NCBI GenBank assembly: GCA_951406725.2
Contig: OX597814.1
Span: forward strand, 139,624,001-139,688,000
Direction: 5' to 3'
Origin: Octopus vulgaris
Lineage: Eukaryota
Length of the DNA stretch: 64,000 nucleotides
Both the position numbers and the translations under genes were made by a program. Positions 23,328-33,702 of the stretch are shown here, in pieces. The notes beneath the pieces were generated by a model. It was not told where the DNA came from. It searched no databases and was given only the letters and a program-made list of their open reading frames with translations. The stretch's first letter is position 1, and the number at the start of each line of letters is the position of its first letter.

Positions 23328-24822
23328 TCATCATCATCATCATCATCGTTTAACGTCCGCTTTCCGCGCTAGCACGGGTTGGACGGTTTGACCGGGTCTG
23401 GGAAGCCAGGGGCCGCTCCAGGCTCCAGTCTGAATCTGGCAGAGTTTCTACGGCTGGATGCCCTTCCTAACGCCAACCACTCCGTGAGTGGATTGGGTGC
23501 TTTTTACGTGCCACCTGCACAGGGGCCGGAGGGTCCGGCATCGTCACGATCGGTTCGAGCATTTTAACGTGTCAGCGGCACGGGGGCAACGAGGTCCGGG
23601 GTACTTTGGGGATCGGGGTACTTTGGGGATCCAGGGTACTTTGGGGATCCGGGGTACTTAGAATGGGTAGGGGGTATGTGGAATTGCTGCAGAAAGCAGC
23701 CCGGGTCTTTGTAGTCACAGCATATCTCCAGAGATCTCGGTCCTTCGCCATTGCCTCAGTGAGGCCCAATGCTCTGAGGTCATGCTTGACCACCTCATCC
23801 CATGTCTTCCTGGGTCTACCTCTCCCCCTGATACCTTCAACTGTTTGGGAGTGGCACTTCTTCACACATCTCTCTTCATCCATCCGCAGCACATGACCAT
23901 ACCATCGCAAGCGTCGCTCTTGCACACCACATCTGATGCTTCTTATATCCAGCATTTCTCTCAGGATACTTACACTCTGTTTTGCGTGCACACTGACATT
24001 ACACATCCAGCGGATCATGCTAGCTTCATTTCTTTCAAGTCTACGCATGTCTTCTGCAGTCACAGCCCATGTTTCATTACCGTGAAGCATGGCAGTTCGC
24101 ACACATGCATCATACAATCTACCTTTTGCTCTGAGGGAGAGGCCTTTTGTTGCCAGTAGGGGTAGGAGCTTTCTGAACTTTGCCCAGGCTATTCGTATTC
24201 TAGTGGTGATACTCTCTGTGCATCCACCTCCACTACTAACTTGGTCTCCCAGGTAGCGGAAACTATCAACTACTTCTAGTTTCTCTCCCTGGAGTGTGAT
24301 GGAATCTGTTTTCTGAGTGTCTGTTGTGTCTATTGTCCCTGTGCATCTGCCGCACATGAAAGCTATCTTATCTGTTAATTTCCCTTTAATGTTGCTGCAC
24401 CTCTTATGTGTCCATAACTTACATTGGGTGCATCTTATGGAGTTTCTACCTGTACCTTTCCTACAGGTTGAGCAGGGCCACCTACCCGAGGGGATGTGTG
24501 TTGAGTACCTCTTGCTGCTTACTAATACTTTGGTCTTTGCTACATTTATTCTAAGGCCCTTTGATTCCAACCCTTGCTTCCACACCCGAAATTTCTCTTC
24601 TAGTTCCGGTAGTGATTCTGCTATGAGAGCTAGGTCATCGGCATAGAGGAGCTCCCAGGGGCATCCCGTTTTGAATTCCTCTGTTATTGCCTGAAGGACT
24701 ATGATGAATAAAAGGGGACTGAGGGCTGAGCCCTGGTGCACACCTACTTCTACTCGGAATTCTTCACTATATTCGTTGCCAATCCTAACCTTGCTAACAG
24801 CCTCTCTGTATAGAGCCTGTAT
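23328..24822 (-). mobile_element. 5'-truncated RTE-clade LINE, young copy
   Basis: Uninterrupted ORF2 C-terminal half, 3' UTR and (ATG)n tail; both flanks are TA/TATG microsatellite. Confidence 0.95.
23572..24822 (-). CDS. LINE ORF2 fragment: RT core, PHD-type zinc finger and RTE C-terminal region (partial, no native start)
   Basis: Motifs GVHQGSALSPLLF, LLYADDL, GLRINVAKTKV, EVVDSFRYLG, RRLRWYGHV, RGRGRPRKTW; the frame stays open upstream of 24741 (QALYREAVSKVRIG) to about 24822. Confidence 0.93.
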   Translation of the reverse strand: MQALYREAVSKVRIGNEYSEEFRVEVGVHQGSALSPLLFIIVLQAITEEFKTGCPWELLYADDLALIAESLPELEEKFRVWKQGLESKGLRINVAKTKVLVSSKRYSTHIPSGRWPCSTCRKGTGRNSIRCTQCKLWTHKRCSNIKGKLTDKIAFMCGRCTGTIDTTDTQKTDSITLQGEKLEVVDSFRYLGDQVSSGGGCTESITTRIRIAWAKFRKLLPLLATKGLSLRAKGRLYDACVRTAMLHGNETWAVTAEDMRRLERNEASMIRWMCNVSVHAKQSVSILREMLDIRSIRCGVQERRLRWYGHVLRMDEERCVKKCHSQTVEGIRGRGRPRKTWDEVVKHDLRALGLTEAMAKDRDLWRYAVTTKTRAAFCSNSTYPLPILSTPDPQSTLDPQSTPIPKVPRTSLPPCR

Positions 24823-24837
24823 ATGTATATATGTATA

Positions 24838-24874
<37 letters not shown>

Positions 24875-24877
<3 letters not shown>

Positions 24878-25245
24878 GTAAATAAATCAAGGTAGAAAAT
24901 GGTAAAATAACTTTACCATAAAAAACATTTTAGTACCGGTTTCAGTCACTGAAACTTTTTCAAGTCTAAGTATGGAGAACAATTAAATTTTGGAAAAATT
25001 AAATGAAAAGTTTTTTAAAAGAATATTTGCATAGTATTCAATTACAAGGGGCATTTTCCTTGTTTCTGCTTGTCACTGTCTCTCTTTTTTACTCTTGTGG
25101 GTTCGAGGTCGTTGTGAATTCTTGGCAGAGAAGAAGAAAAGAATTCCGGAGTGGTATGATAGTAGTAGGATGTCAAATGGTCAAGTGCCCTGAAAGTGAC
25201 TTGTGGATGGTAGTAGTGATTGAATTTTTGAGATATCTCTTTTGA
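24875..25245 (-). mobile_element. PLE-like non-autonomous fragment ending in an HHR-like motif
   Basis: Minus 24969-24930: ttag ac TTGAAAA agtt-tcagt-gact GAAA CCGG TA ctaa, then about 55 nt and (TA)n. Confidence 0.5.
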
Positions 25246-25639
25246 ATGTATTGTTATTTAAAAATATAGATAGAGAGAGAGAGAAAGGGAAAGAAGAAAA
25301 GAAGAACAGTGAGCAAGGCAAAGAGTAAACACCATGATTAAATTTAGCAATAAAAACCAGGAAATAGTATCCCCTTATTTCCAGCAAAAACAGTAGCTCA
25401 TTGGACTTTTCCCATCCTGTTCTCCTGGTGCTCTCAATGCTTTCAGAGCACCCTTTTCTGCATATTTGGAAAAGGGTGTTCTAAATATTAATCCTGAATG
25501 TGTAAATTGCACTTTATGTGATTCAACTTATACATTGTAACGTTTGAGATTCGAGCTAGAAACCTTTGATTCTAAATTTAGGATGCTATGGCTCTTATCT
25601 GCTAGATCACATTTACATACATACATGTTTGCATGCATG

Positions 25640-25655
25640 TGTCTGCATGCACGCG

Positions 25656-25751
<96 letters not shown>
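25640..25751. repeat. (CG)n(CA)n microsatellite
   Basis: About 44 CA units preceded by cgcgcgcg. Confidence 0.97.
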
Positions 25752-25754
<3 letters not shown>

Positions 25755-26157
25755 GAGTTCTTTGAACTTTAAGAATGTTGTTTTTGCATTTCTTCATGGT
25801 TGGATGGTTCATTTGTTTATACAGTGTCTTCCTTGTGTGTTTCCTGATTCTAACCACTCAGCTGTGAAGTAGGACTGGAATCTGTGTTTTAATTCAGTCA
25901 GGCAAACTGGAGCAAGCAGGATTATATATGTCAGAGTCATGGTTACAATAGAATTGTTGTTGTCAGATCTGAACTTATAAGTAAATATGTGTAAAGAAGA
26001 TATGAACTTATAAGTAAATATGTATACAGAGGCATATCCATATGTTTAACCCATAAAGCACTGGGATTTGCACTTACATAGCATGGACTGCTGAGCACAT
26101 TTTATGAAAATGAGACTATCATGCACACATAAAAAAACAAAATATAGTTAAAATATC

Positions 26158-26430
26158 GGAGATGTACTTGCATAGCAAGTGATTTGATCTGAGATCGTGT
26201 GCTGAAATGTAAACAATTGCAGTGTAGAAGGTGTTTGTAAGCCATTTAAGAAACACACAAAAGCCATTCGATTCACTTCAACATTTAAGTTTTATTTGTC
26301 AAAATATTTTCGCCGCTTTAAGACTGCGACTTGTTCACTGATTTTTGCAGCACAGACTTTTGTCAGTGAACAGGTCGCGGTCTTAAAGCGACGAAAATAT
26401 TTTGACAAATTAAACTTAAATGTTGAAGTG
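26158..26430. mobile_element. PLE-type fold-back insertion with 12-bp TSD
   Basis: About 70-bp inverted arms (26272-26341 / 26363-26431); TSD agttaaaatatc at 26146-26157 and 26431-26442. Confidence 0.8.
26359..26409 (+). ncRNA. Minimal type-I hammerhead-like motif, G3:C8 core variant
   Basis: tttgtca-GTGAACA-g-gtcgc[ggtcttaaa]gcgac-GAAA-atat-TT-tgacaaa: 7-bp stem I, 5-bp stem II, palindromic stem III. Confidence 0.6.
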
Positions 26431-26804
26431 AGTTAAAATATCTTCTTAGTATATAATAGTGGTAAGTTTTACATCATCTGAAAAGTCATTAATTGAACTA
26501 TTAATCTTCTTGCATTCTGGTGGTGGTGGTGGTGGGGGTATCACAATGTTTGAGTGACATTAGACCCCAACAAACACCTATAAATTAAATGCATCTATCT
26601 GGAGCATGATCATGGCTCATCATGCTTTATGTGTTGATAAACATATAAGGTATATAAAAACTTATCCTTGTGGTTAAGCCACAATGTTTTTGACAATAGC
26701 TTCAGTCTTTCTGTGATGAGCAGCGGCATCTGACATTATTAATTTTCAAGACAAAATGATTAACCCTTTTGGTACTGACTTGTCTGAGACTGTTCCTGGT
26801 TTTT

Positions 26805-27720
26805 TCTTTTATCTTTTACTTGTTTCAGTTATTGGACTGACAATGCTGAGGCATCACCTTGAAGGGTTTAGTCAAACAAATCGTACTTATTTTTTTAGAG
26901 CCTGGCACTTATTCTATTAGTCTCTTATACCAAACCACTAAGTTACAAGGATGTAAACAAACTAACACCAGTTGTCAAGTGGTGGAAGGGGTACAAACAC
27001 AAAGAAACACACTCACATGTGCACATGCGGGCACACACACATATGCACGTGCGGGCACACACACATATGCACGTGCGGGCACACACACATATGCAAACAT
27101 ATATTTATGATGAACTTTCACATAGGCGCAGGAGTGGCTGTGTGGTAAATAGCTTGCTTACCAACCACATGGTTCTGGGTTCAGTCCCACTGTGTGGCAC
27201 CTTGGGCAAGTGTCTTCTACTATAGTCTCGGGCCAACCAAAGCCTTGTGAGTGGATTTGGTAGACGGAAACTGAAAGAAGCTCGTCGTATATATGTATAT
27301 ATATGTATGTGTGTGTATGTTTGTGTCTGTGTTTGTCCCCCCCAACATCGCTTGACAACCGATGCTGGTGTGTTTACGTCCCTGTAACTTAGCGGTTTGG
27401 CAAAAGGGACCGATAGAATAAGTACTAGGCTTACAAAGAGTAAGTCCTGGGGTTGATTTACTTGACTAAAGGCGGTGCTCCAGCATGGCCGCAGTCAAAT
27501 GACTGAAACAAGTAAAAGAGTAACGAGAGTAAAGAGTATAGTATCCATCTACCAAATTCACTCACAAGGCATTGGTCAACCCGGGGCTATAGTAGAAGAC
27601 ACTTACGCATGATGTTGTGCACTGGGACTGAACCCAAGATCATATGGTTGCAAAGTGAATTGAACCACACAGCCATAGCCATACCTGGATCTACACAGCC
27701 ATGCCTGCATCTACACAGCC
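26805..27720 (-). mobile_element. SINE family A interrupted by an opposite-orientation family A copy
   Basis: Tail half at 26805-27120, head half at 27540-27720. Confidence 0.85.
27124..27536 (+). mobile_element. Full-length tRNA-derived SINE family A (reference copy)
   Basis: A box tggctgtgtgg, B-box-like ggttcagtccc, CORE-like ccttgggcaag, internal (TA)/(TG)n, tail gactgaaacaagtaaaagagtaa. Confidence 0.93.
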
Positions 27721-28241
27721 CTATGCTACAAAATTGCTGTTTAAATTGATCTAAATTTAAACTTTTCATTAAAATTTCATGTTAATGTGTTTCAATCACT
27801 GTTTTCATAATGCAAAGTTATTTTATTAAATTCTCCATTATTTACAAAATTAATTAACTTAGAAACAAAAGAAGTGTATTTAAACAGAAATAAGATAACA
27901 AAACAATTAAGCAATATGAGAGAAATTCCCTAATTAATAGTACGCATGGCATGTTTCTGACACAATTAATAGTATATATGACATGTTCCTGACACAAGTT
28001 GAAAGAAGACTTTTAGCTCTAGTTATTATTTTAATAAATGAATGAGATCTTAATGTACTTTCTAGATTGAATGGTTATTAATCACCGGTTTAACTTCTTA
28101 AGTGGAATTATTTTCTCGCTGATAAAACTAGTTAAGTACTTTATCCAAAGACAATACATTTCTTCGTGCTGTATATTAACAACCAGCCTTAATTTACCAA
28201 GCAGTCATGGTACTCACACTAAGCTGTTTATGGTATATATA

Positions 28242-28314
<73 letters not shown>

Positions 28315-28749
28315 ACATGTAGATAGGAAGGTTTCCTTTCTTGTATTTCTTATAGTCAACCAATAACTGCTTTCAGATCAAATGATTTTTTTTTCTTTTG
28401 GATATTTGTAGAAAATATATATATATATATAACTGAGCAAGTGCTAGATTATAACTAGTGCATAAATAATCCAAAGAAAACTTGAGATAATGTAGTCTTA
28501 CTCTGACCTAAGAGGTTATAAGAAGAAATGACAAAGGATAGAAAAATTCAGAGAGCAACCATTTTGTCTGGCTAACTAAGCATGAAATCATAGATCATGA
28601 TGATGATGATATGCATAAAACAGTAGTTGTAATTAAGTGAAATTCAATCTTTTTAGTTTGTTTAGTGTTGTGAACCAGTAGTTTAGTAAGTCATAAATGC
28701 ACTGTTTCTCCAGTTAAAGTATATTTAGACATTGATTGTTAATTGTATA

Positions 28750-28970
28750 TTAACCCTTTAACATCTAGATTATCCTGTCAATTATAATGTTTATTTATTC
28801 ATATTTTTTTAATTAATCATGCATTATCTTGTAGCATCAAAATTTTGATGATTGATTGTATATTTTTAGAATGACATTGTAGGGTAGGCATGAGAGGCCA
28901 GCTCTGGCTGGTTTGAACATAAAACAGGTAGAATACTTGAATTGGATATGGATGGTTTAAAGACTAAAGT
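28750..28970. mobile_element. piggyBac-like MITE, decayed
   Basis: ttaacccttta left end; body homologous to 16450-16677. Confidence 0.7.
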
Positions 28971-29154
28971 GTAGAGATTCTCTTTCACTATCTTGATTTC
29001 AAACATATTTATTTGCTATCCAAAAATGCTGATCTGGGCAAATAAATCTTAATATGACTATGATAATTTTCTCAGTTTTACAATGTAGTCAGGGTGACTA
29101 CTTAAATTTGTCTGTCAGATTAGCAAAGTGTTAATGTATGAAAACTAATTGTAT

Positions 29155-29558
29155 ACTCTTTACTCTTTACTCTTTTACTTGTTTCAGTCATTTGACTGCG
29201 GCCATGCTGGAGCACCGCCTTTAATCGAGCAACTCGACCCCGGGACTTATTCTTTTTGTAAGCCCAGTACTTATTCTATCGGTCTCTTTTGCCGAACCGC
29301 TAAGTAACAGGGACATAAACACACCAGCATTGGTTGTCAAGCAATGCTAGAGGGACAAACACAGACACACAAACACACACACATACATATACATATATAC
29401 GACAGGCTTCTTTCAGTTTCCGTCTACCAAATCCACTCACAAGGCTTTGGTCGGCCCGAGGCTATAGCAGAAGACACTCGCCCAAGGTGCCACGCAGTGG
29501 GACTGAACCCGGAACCATGTGGGTGGTAGACAAGCTACTTACCACACAGCCACTCCTG
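29155..29558 (-). mobile_element. Full-length SINE family A, young (CpGs retained)
   Basis: Near-exact reverse complement of 27124-27536 with a (tactctt)n tail. Confidence 0.93.
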
Positions 29559-29779
29559 CAAAGAAATATTTTACAAGTTGAGTGTATTTATATTTGTAAG
29601 TCTCAGTTGCATATTAACTTGTAGCCTATAAAACTATAAACATGATCATACATAAATTTTGAAGAAAGTTAAAAAAAATACTGGGATAAAAATAAATAGC
29701 CATTACCTTTTTTACCTTTTATCTTTTACTGACTCTACTCATTTGACTGTGGCCAACAGTAACTTTCTTTTATTATGGT

Positions 29780-29995
29780 TCATCATCATCATCATCATCA
29801 TAATTTAACATACATTTTCCATGCTGTTGTGGGTTGGATGGTTTGAGAGGAGCTAGCAAGCCAGAGAGTTGCACCAGGCTCCAGATGACTGCTTTGATAA
29901 GTTTTCTATGGTTGATTGCCCTTCCTAATGCCAACTACGTTACAGAGTGTACTGGGTGCTTTTTATGTGGCACTAGCACAGGTCCCTTTTACATT
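29780..29995 (-). mobile_element. RTE 3' UTR fragment, decayed
   Basis: (cat)n then tttccatgctg...gcccttcctaatgccaac. Confidence 0.75.
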
Positions 29996-30075
29996 TGTCC
30001 ACTGTCCACATATAAATTAGATTATGGTACATTATTTACATTTGATGGATATTTGTCCTGATCTTGTTTGTTGTT

Positions 30076-30121
30076 AACACAACATTTCGGCTGATATACC
30101 CTCCATGCTTCATCAGGTGTC
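30076..30121 (-). ncRNA. Minimal hammerhead motif, mutated mirror copy
   Basis: gacac CTGATGA a gcatg..cagcc GAAA tg TT gtgtt; stem II and stem III each carry mutations. Confidence 0.6.
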
Positions 30122-30368
30122 TTGGGGAAATCTCGAACCTGGGTTCTCATTCCTAAGGTATTTTTCGATGTTGTTGTTGTTGCTATTATTATTATTATTA
30201 TCATTATTATTATTCAGGTCACTGCCTGGAATTGAACTCAGAATCTTGGGGTTAATAGCCCGCACTCTTAACCACTACGCCATGGGCATATGGCGTAGTG
30301 GTTAAGAGTGTGGGCTACTAACCCCAAGATTCCAAGTTTGATTCCAGGAAGTGAACTGAATAATAATG

Positions 30369-30401
<33 letters not shown>

Positions 30402-30449
30402 TTGAAAAATACCTTAGGAATGAGAACCCAGGTTCAAAATTTCCCCAAA

Positions 30450-30495
30450 GACACCTGATGAAGGCTGGAGGGTATATCAGCCGAAACGTTGTGTT
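30450..30495 (+). ncRNA. Minimal type-I hammerhead ribozyme (PLE type)
   Basis: gacac-CTGATGA-a-ggctg[gagggtatat]cagcc-GAAA-cg-TT-gtgtt: full consensus core, 5-bp stems I and II, palindromic ACGT stem III, GUU site. Confidence 0.8.
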
Positions 30496-31376
30496 AACAA
30501 CAAACAAGATGAGGACAAATATCCGTCAAATGTAAATAATGTACATAATTCCTCATCTCTTAAACATAGAACTGTAGATTATCTTACATATAGAAATATC
30601 ACTTTATACTTTCTTCCTATTTCCATAACTGACAAATCATTACACAAAATACTATGTAAAACCCATCAGTTGCTCAATCACCCAATAAATATGAAGCATT
30701 TTTATAAAAGATTCAAAGCCCACAGAATGCATTTTGGTTATCTATCTGTTGCTGAAGCTTGTACTAGATGGTTCAGTCCTAAGAAAGAAGGTGTATGATG
30801 CTAAGAGCTTATAAAGTTTCAAAAGTAGCTCTCTGCAGAGAATTGTGTATGTAAGCTAAATACTAGAACTTGTCTATAATTTAGAGTAAATGATTGAGGA
30901 ATCACATTGGCTGCATAATGTGCTAATCGCTTGGATTATCTGCTTATATTCTAAAACAGCTGGCATTGAATTGAATTGAATATGACTAGATCAAGTGTTC
31001 TACTGTCAGTAAGTCTTGAGGATTAAAGACTGATCCAGTGCTGGTAGAAGGCACAGAGATTTCAATTGATCCATTGATTGTAAAATACTAATAATTGATA
31101 CCCTTGTTCTTCATATTGACTGAACTTATCAAACATTGTTATAATTTGTTTCAGATTTTTAGTTTCACATTGTTCAGTTTGGAATTTTTTAACAATTCAC
31201 AAGTATTTCTTCAAGTTTTCTAGCTTACAACAGTAGTATTGAGTTGTTACAGTAATAGTTGTAAGCATTGTCTTACAACTTCTCTTCCTCAAGTTGTCCA
31301 TTGTTGCAAGCCATAATAGTTGTTCACTTCTGTTTTCAGTCAATATTTAAATCATTCAGTATGCTTGCCCTTTAAA

Positions 31377-32589
31377 TTCTTACATATTGTATTTCCTCAA
31401 ACTGATGCTTTTCCTTAAATCTAACTTAACTCCTTTTATTCATTTAATCTGTTGTCATTGTTTATGGGTATGTTTATATTGGTGAAACATAGAATATCTC
31501 GATACCAATCTCAATGAGATATGCTAATATAAATCTAGTTGCCTTATGCCTCACTAACATTAATATTTACCTGTTGGTTGGCATTCTGTACCTCATACAA
31601 GAGAGATGTTATTAATACTGAAAACTAACTCATCCATAGACTTGTCCAATTACAATTTAGACATACTGGATATTGGTAACATTTTCTATGATTACAATAT
31701 ATTAGCCGAACCAATTGCAAGAGACTAAGGGATAGACCAAGAACAAGATGGTTGGATAATATCCACAATCTTGGTTGGTCATGTTTGGGAATCCAGCTGC
31801 AAAGTATAATGACAGTTGCCTCTTTTAGGATCCTATGGAAGAGGTGCCTGAGGACTCCACCCCTATAACCATTCCAGGAATAGGGAGCAGAAAAAATGGA
31901 TGGATGGATGGATGGACATGTATTCTACACCTATTTGTAGAGTCATTTTTTTAGCTATATATACTCCCAGTTAAACCTAACACTCATTGAAATCTTTTGC
32001 TGTTTTGTATGCAGCTTTTAAAAACTGAAATCAGTTTTTTTTACTCATTTATCTTTCTTTCTATTCCCTATTATTTGTTTGGCTTTAAATGCTGGCTACT
32101 GCATCAGCTACTCGAGATAAATGTCTTTGTATCCAGCTGAATCTATTTCTGAGTAGATGGATTGACATATTTCAAGATCTGTTTGGTCAGTTTTAATAAC
32201 CATTTATAGAAGTGCACTGGAATTAAATAATGTTTTCTTTCAATCAAATTGATGTTTTTCCTTACTAAAAGAAATCAAGATTGTTCTAGTTTCTGTAAGA
32301 TTCATGTGAGTTAATCTATTTCACTTAACTGCTTATAGGATTTCTTACATATTGTATTTCCTCAAACTGATGCTTTTCCTTAAATCTAACTTAACTCCTT
32401 CTATTCATTTAATCTGTTGTCATTGTTTATGGGTATGTTTATATTGGTGAAACACAGAATATCTCGATACCAATCTCAATGAGATATGCTAATATAAATC
32501 TAGTTGCCTTATGCCTCACTAACATTAATATTTATCTGTTGGTTGGCATTCTGTACCTCAAACAAGAGAGATGTTATTAATACTGAAAA
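31377..32589 (+). repeat. 248-bp direct repeat (31377-31624 and 32342-32589)
   Basis: Two copies with about 4 mismatches, 965 bp apart. Confidence 0.95.
31700..31916 (+). mobile_element. Rex3/Expander-like RTE 3' relic
   Basis: Peptide KRLRDRPRTRWLDNIHNLGWSCLGIQ..VASFRILW..L and gcagaaaaaatggatggatgg (GATG)n tail. Confidence 0.7.
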
Positions 32590-32662
32590 AACACAAAACA
32601 GAAGCCAATGTTTTGATGAAAGACATTCATTATATGTTTTATTGTAGCTGAGGATGTTAATT

Positions 32663-32983
32663 ATACCAATAATAATAATCACACTTGCTGGTTCTGTTTT
32701 ACTTCTTTATTAATCAATTGATTGGCCATTTAACTAATAAACTAATTAAATGTTTGTTTAATCATTTAGTCAATCAATCAATCAACTAGGTTTGTCAAAG
32801 TCCTTTAGTTGCCATTTGTGACCTCCTAAATAACATGCCCTCTCAACTTCAGGATTTTGACTTGGCTGATTGGTTGATTGACCAAACAATTAATCAAACA
32901 GTTGATTAGTTAATTATTTAAATGGTTAACCAATTGATTTATGAAAATTAAGAAGTGAAACAGGGTGTGTTTATTATTGGCAT
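32663..32983. repeat. Degenerate long inverted repeat (old fold-back or MITE)
   Basis: Arms of about 125 bp, e.g. aatcaattgattggccatttaa / ttaaatggttaaccaattgatt. Confidence 0.7.
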
Positions 32984-33287
32984 AATGATCCTCCCAAGAG
33001 ACAATAAATATGCCGTCCTCTCACTTTGGTCCTCTTTTATCACTTTTTCTTTTACTAGCTAGAAATGAGACAACCCTGAGACATCATAGGGTTGAGAGGA
33101 TCCTTTGATTTTGATGAAGACATGACAACCATTCTACTGCTAGTGCCATAAAAGGCACTTAATACACTCTATAAAGTAGTTGGTGATAAAAAAAAAGGTG
33201 TCCACCCATAGAAGCTATGACAAAAGTGGAATATATGAGCACTGTGTGGTACTCAACCTGTTTTTGTTTCACTTTTCACATGTAATA

Positions 33288-33494
33288 CTGAAATAGTGGA
33301 GAAGATATGATATTGCTGTGGGCTCGCCCTAGGCAAGAAGTTAAATTTTGTTTTTTTGCCCATGACACTCCATGGACCCTACGTAAGGCATGTGTAAAAT
33401 TTGAATGAAATTGGTTGTGTAGTTCTCAAGTTTTAGGGATTCACACAGACAGGACAGACAGACAGACACACATTCTCAGTTTTATATATATAGA
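33288..33494 (-). mobile_element. Non-autonomous Helitron-like element
   Basis: Minus strand starts a|tctatatatataaaa, then (tgtc)n and aaccaatttcattcaaatttt, typical of short Helitrons. Confidence 0.65.
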
Positions 33495-33702
33495 TATAAA
33501 TTAGAGAAAAAAACCCACTATTATGCAATTCAAACAATGATAGACACAAACCAAATCATAAATATAAAATAAAATATATTTTTATAAAACATATAACTAG
33601 ATCACAAAAAGTATAAAAATGAATAATCAATATGTAATAAGTAAAAAAACTACGTATGTTTCATGGCTATAATTAAATTCGAATTACAATTAAATTTAAA
33701 TT

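Larger units (their letters stand above)
30026..30574. mobile_element. Head-to-head inverted dimer of a tRNA-headed SINE with (AAT)n spacer and PLE-type hammerhead tail
   Basis: Arms of about 255 bp (30027-30283 / 30290-30544); each has A box tggcgtagtgg, B box gtt(c/t)(a/g)attcc and an HHR; possible TSD tagattat at 30018-30025 and 30575-30582. Confidence 0.85.

Noticed and set aside
30284-30358. tRNA gene
   Set aside because: Acceptor stem does not pair and the B box is mutated; it is a SINE head, as are those at 42645, 44628, 48030 and 54685
30730-30780. miR-9-like sequence ttttggttatctatctgt
   Set aside because: Seed mismatch and poor hairpin
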